A stretch of DNA of 64,000 nt from the sequence record DRR723986_4137; one strand, given 5' to 3'. This document shows, in pieces, positions 8,991-17,710 of this stretch. The notes under the pieces were generated by a model that did no database searches, was not told the DNA's origin, and saw only the letters and a program-made list of their open reading frames with translations. Position numbers and translations under genes: made by a program. Every line of letters begins with the position of its first letter. Positions within the stretch are counted from its first letter, which is position 1.

Positions 8991-9688
8991 GGTTTGGCTC
9001 CTTCTAGGTTTGTGCGACTTAGAGGTCGCGATTGAAATTAAAGCGGTTGAGAAGTCCGCGGCGAGGAAGTTTCCCCGCTACTAACTTGGCCCCGAGTTGT
9101 GCGTCATCGGGCGCTCGGGTTTCAAAAAGAACATAAAAATGCGCCTGTTGGTTTCTCAGGCCAACTTCCACCAACAGCACTAGAAGGACGCTGCGATGAT
9201 GCCCGGCGCGAGGCATGTGCGAGAACGCTACCATGCTCCGACTGCATTACGCAACCTACCCTGTCGAAGTACTGTGCCAGAAGTGCCACAAATTTCGTTT
9301 AAGCCCCGACCGGGCTATCTCGTTGCTGGTCCATCGCAACCTCCGAAAACAGATCGAGCGCCTACATACCCCTGGCGCTCTCCGGGGTGTGTAGACGCGT
9401 TACTGATTCGTTCGCGCGTTGTTATGGCTAGAGTCACTGGACACTTGGGTACGTGCAGCAACTATTTCCGAAAGACGTTCCTTGAACTTCGAAAGCTGCT
9501 CAAGGTCCATGCCCGCACACAAGGCGAGAATCTCGGTCGTTAGAGCGACCTGCTCGGTTGTTCCAGATAGGCGGTCGAGCTGAGCTTCGTACTCTTCAGA
9601 AAGGGCCTCTAGCTGCGCCGGTGTGGTGCGCCCTGTTGTGCGAATATCATCCGAGCCGCGTTTTTCCTCAGGAATAGGAGCATCGTCT

Positions 9689-9707
9689 GAGTCCTTGCGG
9701 GGGTACT
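9689..9707 (+). other. Putative att site: duplicated tRNA 3' end (no intact tRNA)
   Basis: GAGTCCTTGCGGGGGTACT reads as T-loop 3' half GAGT, T-stem CCTTG, acceptor strand CGGGGGT and discriminator A. The 5' side lacks the matching CAAGG-TTC and forms no cloverleaf. About 1.4 kb from the integrase. Confidence 0.65.
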
Positions 9708-9731
9708 TCGGAAAACAGTTGTTTTCCCTAC

Positions 9732-9768
9732 AAAAAACGCCGTTTCTCCAGCAGAAACGGCGTTTTTT
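9732..9768. terminator. Bidirectional intrinsic terminator
   Basis: Perfect 16-bp inverted repeat AAAAAACGCCGTTTCT-ccagc-AGAAACGGCGTTTTTT. A second small hairpin GGAAAAC-agtt-GTTTTCC lies at 9710-9727. Confidence 0.88.
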
Positions 9769-10324
9769 CGTGTCTTGTTTGCTTGGGTGACGTTTCCTCC
9801 CTGCCGAGTCGGGTCAAACGACCATTTTGAGACTGGAGTGCCAACGCGTTCGAGAATTCCTTCTTGGATACACGGCGTCGGATAGGCCGCGTGACGCGTT
9901 GTCGAGCCGAGACCGGACCAAGCGTCACGCTGGCTGGCGTGCGCGTTGCTCGAAGTCGAGAATGGCTTCAAGCGGATCAGCGGCTACAAATCCTTACACG
10001 AGCAGAGTGCTGCCTTGCTGTGAGAACAGACTGCCGCACCTAAACCGCCGCAACCTGGGGCTAACCATTTTCCAACCAACCCTACATTACTGCTTTAAGA
10101 AACAGCTACTTCATCCCATAGCCATCCTAAGTCGTAGCAACCGTCGGGACTCCCAACGGGTTCGTTTCAAATTGGACTGAGGTGGTCTGACAGACTCGTG
10201 AAATGTCCGATCGTCGGTGACCGAGGCAACACCGTCGTATATATCGACTATCATTAGGCGAAGAAATGCTCGCGTTGCCGCGCTAAAACCTTACGATATC
10301 CAGGCTAGAGCCAAGGAATTCAGA

Positions 10325-10999
10325 GTGTCAAAAAGAAATTGCTTCCGCTCGCCAATTAGGTTCTCAAGTACTTCGTTCGTTTTGTTAATGGCTTTCGCAA
10401 ACTTATCTGCACCGAATTCATTCGGCGCCATCGTTGATGTAAACCTGAGGGGCTATGTTACGAACACAAGCGTATCGTTCATTTCGATCGGAGACGAACT
10501 TAACTGGCAGTTTACCTATCAAGTCAATTCTTCGGGGGCGTGCGAAAACCCAGACTTCAGCAACGCCTCGATATACAGATGCCAGGATATTGTCACTGAC
10601 GCAACGGCTAGGATCGGAAGCGAGCAGTTTGGAGCCTTTCCTGCAACCAATCAGTTCTTTGGTAGGGATAGTCTCTTGCAGGTGGAAAACTCTTCGTCTG
10701 ATCAATTTCAGGGGAGTATGGCATTCGAAGACTCCACCAACATGAGCGATCCTCTTCTTGCTTTCTATTTGCAGGATTCTTCAGGCAGTGCTTTTGATGC
10801 GTTTCCTCGTTTCCCTACCACATGGAACGAAAACAGCTTCCGCCAATTTGATGATAGGCGATTTACGCTATTTGATTACTCCGCTGGTTCTGCCGTTCAT
10901 GTGGCAAGCGGGATAATGTTCGTACCCGAGCCATCTTCTGTAATCTGGGGGCTCATTGGATTTTTTGGATTCATTTCACAACGCCGACGAACAAGTTGA
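10325..10999 (+). CDS. PEP-CTERM sorting-signal protein
   Basis: C-terminus VPEPSSVIWGLIGFFGFISQRRRTS. Likely GTG start at 10325 (RBS AAGGA) giving an N-terminal signal peptide. Confidence 0.85.
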   Translation: MSKRNCFRSPIRFSSTSFVLLMAFANLSAPNSFGAIVDVNLRGYVTNTSVSFISIGDELNWQFTYQVNSSGACENPDFSNASIYRCQDIVTDATARIGSEQFGAFPATNQFFGRDSLLQVENSSSDQFQGSMAFEDSTNMSDPLLAFYLQDSSGSAFDAFPRFPTTWNENSFRQFDDRRFTLFDYSAGSAVHVASGIMFVPEPSSVIWGLIGFFGFISQRRRTS

Positions 11000-11076
11000 G
11001 GAGCAGTGCGGAGTTGTGTTGGAATCTCTTCTGTAGATAAATTTCCCACACCACCTACTCATTGGAACGCTTGCAT

Positions 11077-13026
11077 ATGCCGAGAGTTGAGGATTACTCG
11101 GGCGCGACAATTGAAGCAAAGTTCGAGTCGATGTTTGAGGATACGAACTCGCCAAATGTCGCATCCGGCAAGTACATTCTTGCGCGGCCCATTCGGGTGC
11201 CCGATGGAATATCTCTAAATTGCACCGGAGCCACCTTTGACGGCTCTGCTCTAAGCCGCAGTGGAGGCAACGAAGCGATTTTTCAGTTGCAGCCCAGTGT
11301 AATAACGTCGTTCGTTCTCGTCGGCGGCACTTACAACGATGCTCACTTGTTGCGTACCACTGGAGCTAGTCTCGGCTCATTGGATATCGACATAGAGCGG
11401 CATGAAAGACTAGCGGGAACCTCAACGATCTCAATCATCACCAATGGCGCTCAGGAAATCGACGTTGCCAGTGCCAGAGTGCGTTGCCGTGAAAGCGTTC
11501 GAACCAGCCCACTGTTTTCAACGACTTTTGGCGGTGGAGATCTTGTGGTCCAGCTAGACCAAGTGACAGACTTGCACCAATACGGAGTCCGATTGCGTCC
11601 ACCAACTTTTGTCTGGGATAGAATAGTCGTGCAGAACTCAATCGTGGTGGGCAATGCAGACAATGACATTGTTGCGGTTCGGTTCTTTCAGGCGAGTGCA
11701 GCGGACTTGGTCACAATCCGCAATGTAACAATGAGCGACTTTTCAAATACTGGGTTTGTTTCATTCGTCTATTGGAGCGGTGGGGACTGTCTGATCCATG
11801 ACTGCACTATTTCGAATATCACCAGCGGTGGGGACGAAAATCTAATCGAATCCAAGTCGGTCAGTGACCATCAATTGAAGGTGTTTAGGGTATCCGTTGA
11901 TCAGTCCGCAGTGGATCCGTCCGTATCGCAGAATCGATTCATCGACGCGAAGGAACGGACCGCAATCGTGCACGACTGCACCACAATAGGGCTGACGAGT
12001 TCCTTTGTTCGGCGGTTCGGCCACCAGAACGGATTGCCTACTGTTACAGCCCGCATTTATGACAACACAATCATCAATTCGCGTTGCCCTGTCATATTCG
12101 AACTCAACAACATAGTTTCCATGACACTTGGGGATACCAGAATCACGAACAACACGATAACAGGCCACGCGAATCCGTGCGATATTGATGCCGCGGGCTC
12201 GTCGAACACGCGGATGCTTGACATTACTTCGGCCAGCGGACGCGGTGTCGTTGAGAATGTGGTCCTAGACGGAAATCTCTACACAAGTAGCAATGGTGGG
12301 GCATGCGCCGCAGTCCGAGTGAATGCTTACTCGGCTGAGGAAGCGGCCAATGACTTTACGTTTGGCCAGCAAGTTCGAGAGATTGTGCTTCGCAACAACA
12401 AGTTCACACTGCCTGGCGGTGCGCCGCTGCAATGCCGCAATGCGTATCCTGGGCTGTTTAGACTTCACGACAATCATGTCTTTGGTGCGGACTCCATGAC
12501 TTGGAATGACAGTAACGCTGTCATTGCAGTGTTTCCTGCCGTCGAAGGCACACTGCAACTAAACAACGAGTCGGTCCTGGGCGGGGATCGCATCGCTCGA
12601 GTGATGTTGCAGCGCACCAGGGACGAAATTAGTCCATCTGTAGCCTATGACAACGGCTTCATTTCAACTTGGACGTGGAGTGACGGTGCCACAACGGTAA
12701 GCAACTATCCATCGCATGCAGGCGGTGCGACCTGTGTGGTAGAGGTGATGCTTGAACACCTCACGAGCCTGAATCTTTCGGGCGTTGGAATGTCGTCGAA
12801 CACGTTCCCATTCCGGAGCTTGAAGAAATGCACGACAATTGACCTATCTGGAAACAACCTGAGCACCTACGAAGTCGATAGAATCATTGACCAACTGCTC
12901 CTTGCCCAAAACGAGAATCCCGTTATGAGCAACGGAACACTCGATCTCAGCGGAAACTCGCCGCCAAGCGATCCGTCTGATTTAGAGAATGTGGGCTGGT
13001 TAGTTACAGTGTCGAGTTTACCTTGA
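11077..13026 (+). CDS. Right-handed beta-helix (pectin-lyase-like) protein with a C-terminal LRR-like domain
   Basis: N-terminal GKYILARPIRVPDGISL motif. Repeated I/V-x-N/D-N/C-T-I stacks. C-terminal LTSLNLSG, IDLSGNNL and LDLSGN repeats. No obvious signal peptide. Start taken as ATG 11077. Confidence 0.6.
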   Translation: MPRVEDYSGATIEAKFESMFEDTNSPNVASGKYILARPIRVPDGISLNCTGATFDGSALSRSGGNEAIFQLQPSVITSFVLVGGTYNDAHLLRTTGASLGSLDIDIERHERLAGTSTISIITNGAQEIDVASARVRCRESVRTSPLFSTTFGGGDLVVQLDQVTDLHQYGVRLRPPTFVWDRIVVQNSIVVGNADNDIVAVRFFQASAADLVTIRNVTMSDFSNTGFVSFVYWSGGDCLIHDCTISNITSGGDENLIESKSVSDHQLKVFRVSVDQSAVDPSVSQNRFIDAKERTAIVHDCTTIGLTSSFVRRFGHQNGLPTVTARIYDNTIINSRCPVIFELNNIVSMTLGDTRITNNTITGHANPCDIDAAGSSNTRMLDITSASGRGVVENVVLDGNLYTSSNGGACAAVRVNAYSAEEAANDFTFGQQVREIVLRNNKFTLPGGAPLQCRNAYPGLFRLHDNHVFGADSMTWNDSNAVIAVFPAVEGTLQLNNESVLGGDRIARVMLQRTRDEISPSVAYDNGFISTWTWSDGATTVSNYPSHAGGATCVVEVMLEHLTSLNLSGVGMSSNTFPFRSLKKCTTIDLSGNNLSTYEVDRIIDQLLLAQNENPVMSNGTLDLSGNSPPSDPSDLENVGWLVTVSSLP

Positions 13027-13487
13027 AACCTTAGTAGTGTTGTAAGTGTCGATGCAGTTGGGTGTTCTTTTGGGCAAGGCGCCACCGATTCCTGAGCCGG
13101 TGGATTAAAAGAAGTCGCTTGGCAGCGAACTGAACAAAGAACCTGGGGGATGTGCTGGCTTCGTTCTAGCGAAATGCCTAGCGGGGCTTGAGCTTGGTTT
13201 TAGTCATATCAGCAAGCAGGTGTTTTTGTAGTTCTGCAATGGGGCCGTCCAAGGGTGCCCGGCAAGCCATTAATCAAGTGGCTTGTTTGCTGCACCTAGT
13301 GAGTGAGTTGACCGCTTTGCTCATTCCTTCAAGGGGGATTCTGCCACATCTCAGAGAGGAATACAAATTTCGACACCGCTTTCCAGGGAATCACGGACTT
13401 CTGAGGGCGTGGCGGATCTTCGTCGGCTAGCGAGTAGGACCGAGGTGCTTGGTTCGAATACTTTTCGCGAATACAGCATCAGGATTG

Positions 13488-13515
13488 GTAAGACATCGGG
13501 GGCGTGTGCGTCTAA
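13488..13515 (+). promoter_or_regulatory. Putative ECF-type promoter GTAAG-N16-CGTCTAA
   Basis: About 40 nt upstream of the GTG at 13554. The same motif recurs upstream of two neighbouring units. Confidence 0.5.
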
Positions 13516-13553
13516 CTAGATGCAATGCAGCTATTTCATTTGGGAGTCAAACA

Positions 13554-13751
13554 GTGAGCGACAACGAAGATCTACTTAAAGAGCATCTTGCTGGGCTGGG
13601 GTTGAGCGAAAAAGAAACTCAGGCGGTCTACGAAAAAGTTGCACAGTACGACCGCGAAACGAACCATTTATCCGTTTTCGATTCGATTGAACGTGGGACG
13701 TTCGATTTGCAAGCGATTATTGAGGAGGCACGCAATGAGCAAGACTCTTAA
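13554..13751 (+). CDS. Small acidic hypothetical protein
   Basis: GTG at 13554 with RBS GGGAG. 65 aa. Overlaps the start of the DUF1223 gene. Confidence 0.6.
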   Translation: MSDNEDLLKEHLAGLGLSEKETQAVYEKVAQYDRETNHLSVFDSIERGTFDLQAIIEEARNEQDS

Positions 13752-14511
13752 CACCACATTCGCAGCCGCACTTGGCGCCCTCTGTTGCAGCCTTGCTTCA
13801 CCCAGCATCGCACTTGGGCAGGACGGGAGCAAGAAACAGAGCTCCAGCAAGGGCATCGCGGTTGTCGAGCTTTTTACTTCTCAGGGATGTAGCAGTTGTC
13901 CACCGGCGGATAAAGTCTTGCAGCGAATCGCCGAGACCGCAGAAAAGCAAGAGTTGCCCGTCTACGCTCTGTCGTTTCATGTTGACTACTGGAACCAGCT
14001 CGGCTGGAAAGATCCCTACAGCGACTCGCTCTACTCGCGTCGGCAGCGAGCTTATGCGTCGCGTGGTAACGGTGAAGTTTACACGCCGCAGATGATTGTA
14101 AACGGCTCGTACGGCTTTGTCGGGTCTCATTCAAAGAAGGCGCAGCAAGCACTTGGCATGGCCCTCGGCAAGCCAGCTCTGGTGCAAGTGGTCGCTGAGC
14201 GTAAAGAAAGCCAGGATAGTACGTCGATCGACATTGACTACTCGACAGACCAGCGAGCCGTTGGTGGCATCTTGAACGTTGCCGTCGTGGATACGCCCGA
14301 CGCGAACGCAGTTCCTTTGGGCGAGAACGCTGGCAGGAAGCTTAGCCATGTGAACGTCGTGCGAGCTTTCAAGACGATGCCCATTCGTGAAGCCACTGGG
14401 CACGTCAGCATTGACACGCCAGAGGGGCTGAACACGAAGACTTCGCAAGTTGTTTTGTATGTTCAAGATCCCAAATCGCTGGCGATCGTCGGTGCGACGG
14501 CAGTGGAGTAG
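13735..14511 (+). CDS. DUF1223 thioredoxin-fold secreted protein
   Basis: VVELFTSQGCSSCPPAD, FHVDYW..LGWKDP, VYTPQMIVNG and GENAGRKLSHVNVVR motifs. Signal peptide. RBS GAGGAGG. Confidence 0.92.
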   Translation: MSKTLNTTFAAALGALCCSLASPSIALGQDGSKKQSSSKGIAVVELFTSQGCSSCPPADKVLQRIAETAEKQELPVYALSFHVDYWNQLGWKDPYSDSLYSRRQRAYASRGNGEVYTPQMIVNGSYGFVGSHSKKAQQALGMALGKPALVQVVAERKESQDSTSIDIDYSTDQRAVGGILNVAVVDTPDANAVPLGENAGRKLSHVNVVRAFKTMPIREATGHVSIDTPEGLNTKTSQVVLYVQDPKSLAIVGATAVE

Positions 14512-14612
14512 TCCTTGTCTCGTGATAGGTGGCCTCGTGAACTTGTGAGCTCTTGATCTCGTGACAAGTCAAATTTACCGGCCGCTCAAGCAATCAGCCG
14601 ATTTGTAACCTG

Positions 14613-16586
14613 CTAGTTGCCCGGGGATGGCTTGAGGGGCACGATGTCTAAGTCGGCAAGGTTCACTGGACCGTCTTGGCAAGTCAGTTCAAGCGAAGTA
14701 GTCGTGCCCTGCTCCGCTAGGATCCTGCCAAGCTCTTGGCTGTTGATGATCACAACAACCGCTGAGTCTTGACGTTGAAACTGCAAACGCTGGAACACCA
14801 CTTCATCGCCAGCGTTCTCGCTATCGTCGCCTTTTGAATCTACGTCGACCGATGCGTCTTTGTCCTTATCGCCGAGCGTGGGTTCGCTCGCGCCGGTGCG
14901 TTGTCGAGAGGGCCCCGCGATGGGTAGCGAGTTCAACTCAGTTGCTTTTCCGTCGGTAACGGATGACAGGGAAATGGAAGTCGCCCCCAACTGTACTGAG
15001 GCAGAAGGGTTCTGCTGATTCGACGGTTTGATATCGATCTGCAACGTCGCGTCCTCGGACAAGTAAACGCCGACTCGGAAACGCATGTTCCTAGTCTTTA
15101 CATCAGGTAGCTCCAGTGGAATGGTCATTCGAGCACCTCGGGCGCCCGTCAAAACTCTGCTTCCGTCTTGGGCAACTTCGGGTGACCAAAATCCAGCTTG
15201 TCGGAAACGCGGAACGCTTTGCCCGTTGAACAAAGGGACAGGGAAACCATCGACCGCCCACTCGATCAATTCCGCTTCCGCCTTGTCAGCCTCAGGGTTG
15301 CTTGCGTTTCGCGTTCCACTAAACCAGTCCGAGTAAGTCAGCAGCAGTCCGCCAGCGATCGTTCCCGCGGCCAGGCCCAACGCTCCACCAACGATTTGCC
15401 GTCGGCTCAAGCCACCAGACCGAAGCCCTGGCAACTTAGGTGCAGCGTCGTTCGAAGCGGCATCTGACTTCGTAACTGCGCTGCTGGAGCGATCCGGAGC
15501 AGTCTGCGTCGATGCGGAATCTTCTGCTGAAAGGCTAGGCAGAGACAACACTTTGTCGATGCGAGCGAGCAAGGAGTCGTAATCTTGAATCCGATCATCG
15601 ACCTTTGCGTGCGTCATGTCGAACAGCAACTCGCGCGAGGCCTGCGAAAGCGATTCGGGCGTTTGTTCACGCCAACGCTCGTCACCAAGCGTCTTGTGCA
15701 TGATGACCTTCATCGGCGATAGGTCGTAGTTCGGAGCGTTGCCGGTCAGAATGTGGAATGCCGTTGCCCCCAGAGCGTAGATGTCAGCTCGCAGATCGAC
15801 GTGCGAGTTGTCGAGTTGCTCTGGTGCGACGTAAGCGGGTGTTCCAAGCGTCATTCCGGTAGCCGTTAGTTGGGCATCATCGGATTGTTCAGACTCAAAT
15901 GCCAAACCAAAATCGACAACTTTGACCAAGGGGACGCCATCGGGCAAAGTCAGTCCGGCTGGTGCTTCGGATAGTAGCAAGTTGCTGGGCTTGATGTCGC
16001 GGTGGACAATTCCCGATTCATTGGCGTGCGACAACGCGGCGGCCACTTGACGGATGATGCCCCAAGCGACACGTTCATCGATCGGAGATTCTCGTTTGAT
16101 AAAGTCGGTCAGTGTCCCTCCACCAACCATCTCCATGGCAATACAAAAGCGTCCATCGTGAATCCCGCTGTCATAGGCCGTGACGATTCCCGGATGGTGC
16201 AGCTTTGCAATCGCATGTGCTTCGCGTTGAATCCGCGATCTGCCAGTCGAAGAAGCGTCCTGCGACCGAAGCCAGATGGTCTTGAGCGCTACGCTACGCC
16301 CAAGATTCTTCTGAAACGCCTCAAATACTAAGCCATTCGCACCGCAGCCGATCAATCCTGTGAGGACATAGCCAGGAAAAAGGCTCTCGGGGCGACACAA
16401 CAAGTTGACCGCTTCAACCTCGAAAGGTTCCATCAGAGATAAAGTCAACGCCGCATCAGACGCTTGCGTTTCTGTCGTCGCGCAGTGCTTGGCTATCTGC
16501 TCGGCGTGTCGCGGTTTAAGCAGTTTATGCTGAACAGCAACCTGCAGAAAACTCCCTGACTGGAACTCAAGTGTAGCGTCGTCCAT
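14613..16586 (-). CDS. Membrane-anchored Hanks-type Ser/Thr protein kinase
   Basis: IGCGANGLV, VALK, HRDIKPSN, DFG and GTPAYVAPE motifs. One TM segment followed by a beta-rich C-terminal domain. Confidence 0.93.
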   Translation of the reverse strand: MDDATLEFQSGSFLQVAVQHKLLKPRHAEQIAKHCATTETQASDAALTLSLMEPFEVEAVNLLCRPESLFPGYVLTGLIGCGANGLVFEAFQKNLGRSVALKTIWLRSQDASSTGRSRIQREAHAIAKLHHPGIVTAYDSGIHDGRFCIAMEMVGGGTLTDFIKRESPIDERVAWGIIRQVAAALSHANESGIVHRDIKPSNLLLSEAPAGLTLPDGVPLVKVVDFGLAFESEQSDDAQLTATGMTLGTPAYVAPEQLDNSHVDLRADIYALGATAFHILTGNAPNYDLSPMKVIMHKTLGDERWREQTPESLSQASRELLFDMTHAKVDDRIQDYDSLLARIDKVLSLPSLSAEDSASTQTAPDRSSSAVTKSDAASNDAAPKLPGLRSGGLSRRQIVGGALGLAAGTIAGGLLLTYSDWFSGTRNASNPEADKAEAELIEWAVDGFPVPLFNGQSVPRFRQAGFWSPEVAQDGSRVLTGARGARMTIPLELPDVKTRNMRFRVGVYLSEDATLQIDIKPSNQQNPSASVQLGATSISLSSVTDGKATELNSLPIAGPSRQRTGASEPTLGDKDKDASVDVDSKGDDSENAGDEVVFQRLQFQRQDSAVVVIINSQELGRILAEQGTTTSLELTCQDGPVNLADLDIVPLKPSPGN

Positions 16587-16604
16587 CGTGTGATTGCGCC
16601 GGTG

Positions 16605-17327
16605 CTAGTTTGTGTTGGCTGACTTTAGCACCGATAACATAGCCGAAATGCTGGGGCGATCTGCACTCATATCCGACCCAACGTAAGCCAGTCGGACATT
16701 TCCCGCAGTGTCAATAATGAACGTCGAGGGGTGAGCAAGGTTGGATTCGATGTTGAAGAAGCCTACTGCGCTGAGTTGTTCGTCAAGCACCAATGGGAAT
16801 GGGATGCTATCGACAACTTTCTTTTCAGTGCTCTTGGCCGCTTCGACGAATTCGTCCAGGTGGTCTCGCGATCCGGGGTAGACGACAAACACCTCTGTGT
16901 TCAACTCCGCGAACTTATCGTAATTGGCAACGAGGCGCGAGGTTTGAGTTTTGCAGAAAGGGCACAGCATGCCACCGGCGAAACCTTCTGTGAAGACCAG
17001 CACGATGTTCTTCTTGCCGATGTAATCTTCTAGGGCGACACGTTTTCCGGAAGTGTCCAAGAATACAAGACCATCCAAGCCGGTCGGGATCTCTACATTC
17101 GAGGCAACATCGTCTTTGAATTTTATGTCCGCCGGATTCGGCATCGACATCTTCTTCATCGCACCGCCGCTGCTGGTAGAAGCTGTTCCCGCACTTCCGG
17201 CGGGTGTTGATTCCTCTGGCGAGGTGTCGGCGGAGTTCGAATTGCAGCCGAGTATCGCGAAAGGAAGGACGACCGCCAGGGCAGCGACGGCAAGTCGATG
17301 AAGCGGATTACGTACGCGAGAGTTCAT
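16605..17327 (-). CDS. AhpC/TSA (peroxiredoxin-like) lipoprotein
   Basis: Lipobox ILGC. VLVFTEG...CPFCKTQ, PFPLVLD and HPSTFIID motifs. Confidence 0.85.
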   Translation of the reverse strand: MNSRVRNPLHRLAVAALAVVLPFAILGCNSNSADTSPEESTPAGSAGTASTSSGGAMKKMSMPNPADIKFKDDVASNVEIPTGLDGLVFLDTSGKRVALEDYIGKKNIVLVFTEGFAGGMLCPFCKTQTSRLVANYDKFAELNTEVFVVYPGSRDHLDEFVEAAKSTEKKVVDSIPFPLVLDEQLSAVGFFNIESNLAHPSTFIIDTAGNVRLAYVGSDMSADRPSISAMLSVLKSANTN

Positions 17328-17431
17328 GGTATTGCCTCAGTGGAGTACGCTTTAGCCTGCTCGGTATCGAACGAGGATGATGAGAAAGTTGTACGACGTA
17401 GCAGTGTATATCGAATGTTACGGACTTTACA

Positions 17432-17459
17432 GTTGTCGCTTCAGAAGTTCCCGTCTTAC
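17432..17459 (-). promoter_or_regulatory. Putative ECF-type promoter GTAAG-N16-CGACAAC
   Basis: About 105 nt upstream of the 17327 start. Matches the motif at 13488. Confidence 0.45.
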
Positions 17460-17622
17460 GCGACTTCTGAAAAATACGCGAAAATTCGAAGGTTCTGAAG
17501 TCTCTTGCGTTGTAGGGGCTTCTGTAAAACCGCAAACAAGAAACGGGCTATCGCGAGCCACACGGACGTATTAGCGTGCCTGCATCCAATAAATCGCAGA
17601 ATCTAATGCCGGCAGAGCAACG

Positions 17623-17653
17623 AAAAGGGGCATGCTCCGAAGAACATGCCCCT
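17623..17653 (-). terminator. Intrinsic terminator after the YHS gene
   Basis: Minus strand AGGGGCATGTTC-TTCG-GAGCATGCCCCT-TTT (UUCG tetraloop). Confidence 0.85.
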
Positions 17654-17710
17654 AGTCATCAAGGAAGTTTTCGTGTCCCGACTGCCACGCGAGCTAGCCG
17701 AGTGCTTTCA

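Larger units (their letters stand above)
1..9707. mobile_element. Right-hand part of a tRNA-integrated element (prophage remnant, satellite or integrative island); left end outside the window
   Basis: Tyrosine integrase, Xis-like HTH gene, tape-measure-like gene, and a tRNA-3'-end-like sequence at 9689-9707 followed by a terminator. Confidence 0.7.

Noticed and set aside
9630-9707. Possible intact tRNA gene
   Set aside because: Only the last ~19 nt are tRNA-like; no D arm, anticodon arm or 5' T-stem. Kept as an att remnant only.
9889-9930. Hairpin GCGTGACGC...GCGTCACGC
   Set aside because: Single imperfect copy with no T tract and no second instance noticed; cannot be assigned
9019-10180. 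Several short ORFs (9019-9234, 9196-9543, 9609-9971, 9827-10180)
   Set aside because: No recognisable motifs or RBS, and some cross the att and terminator; probably non-coding
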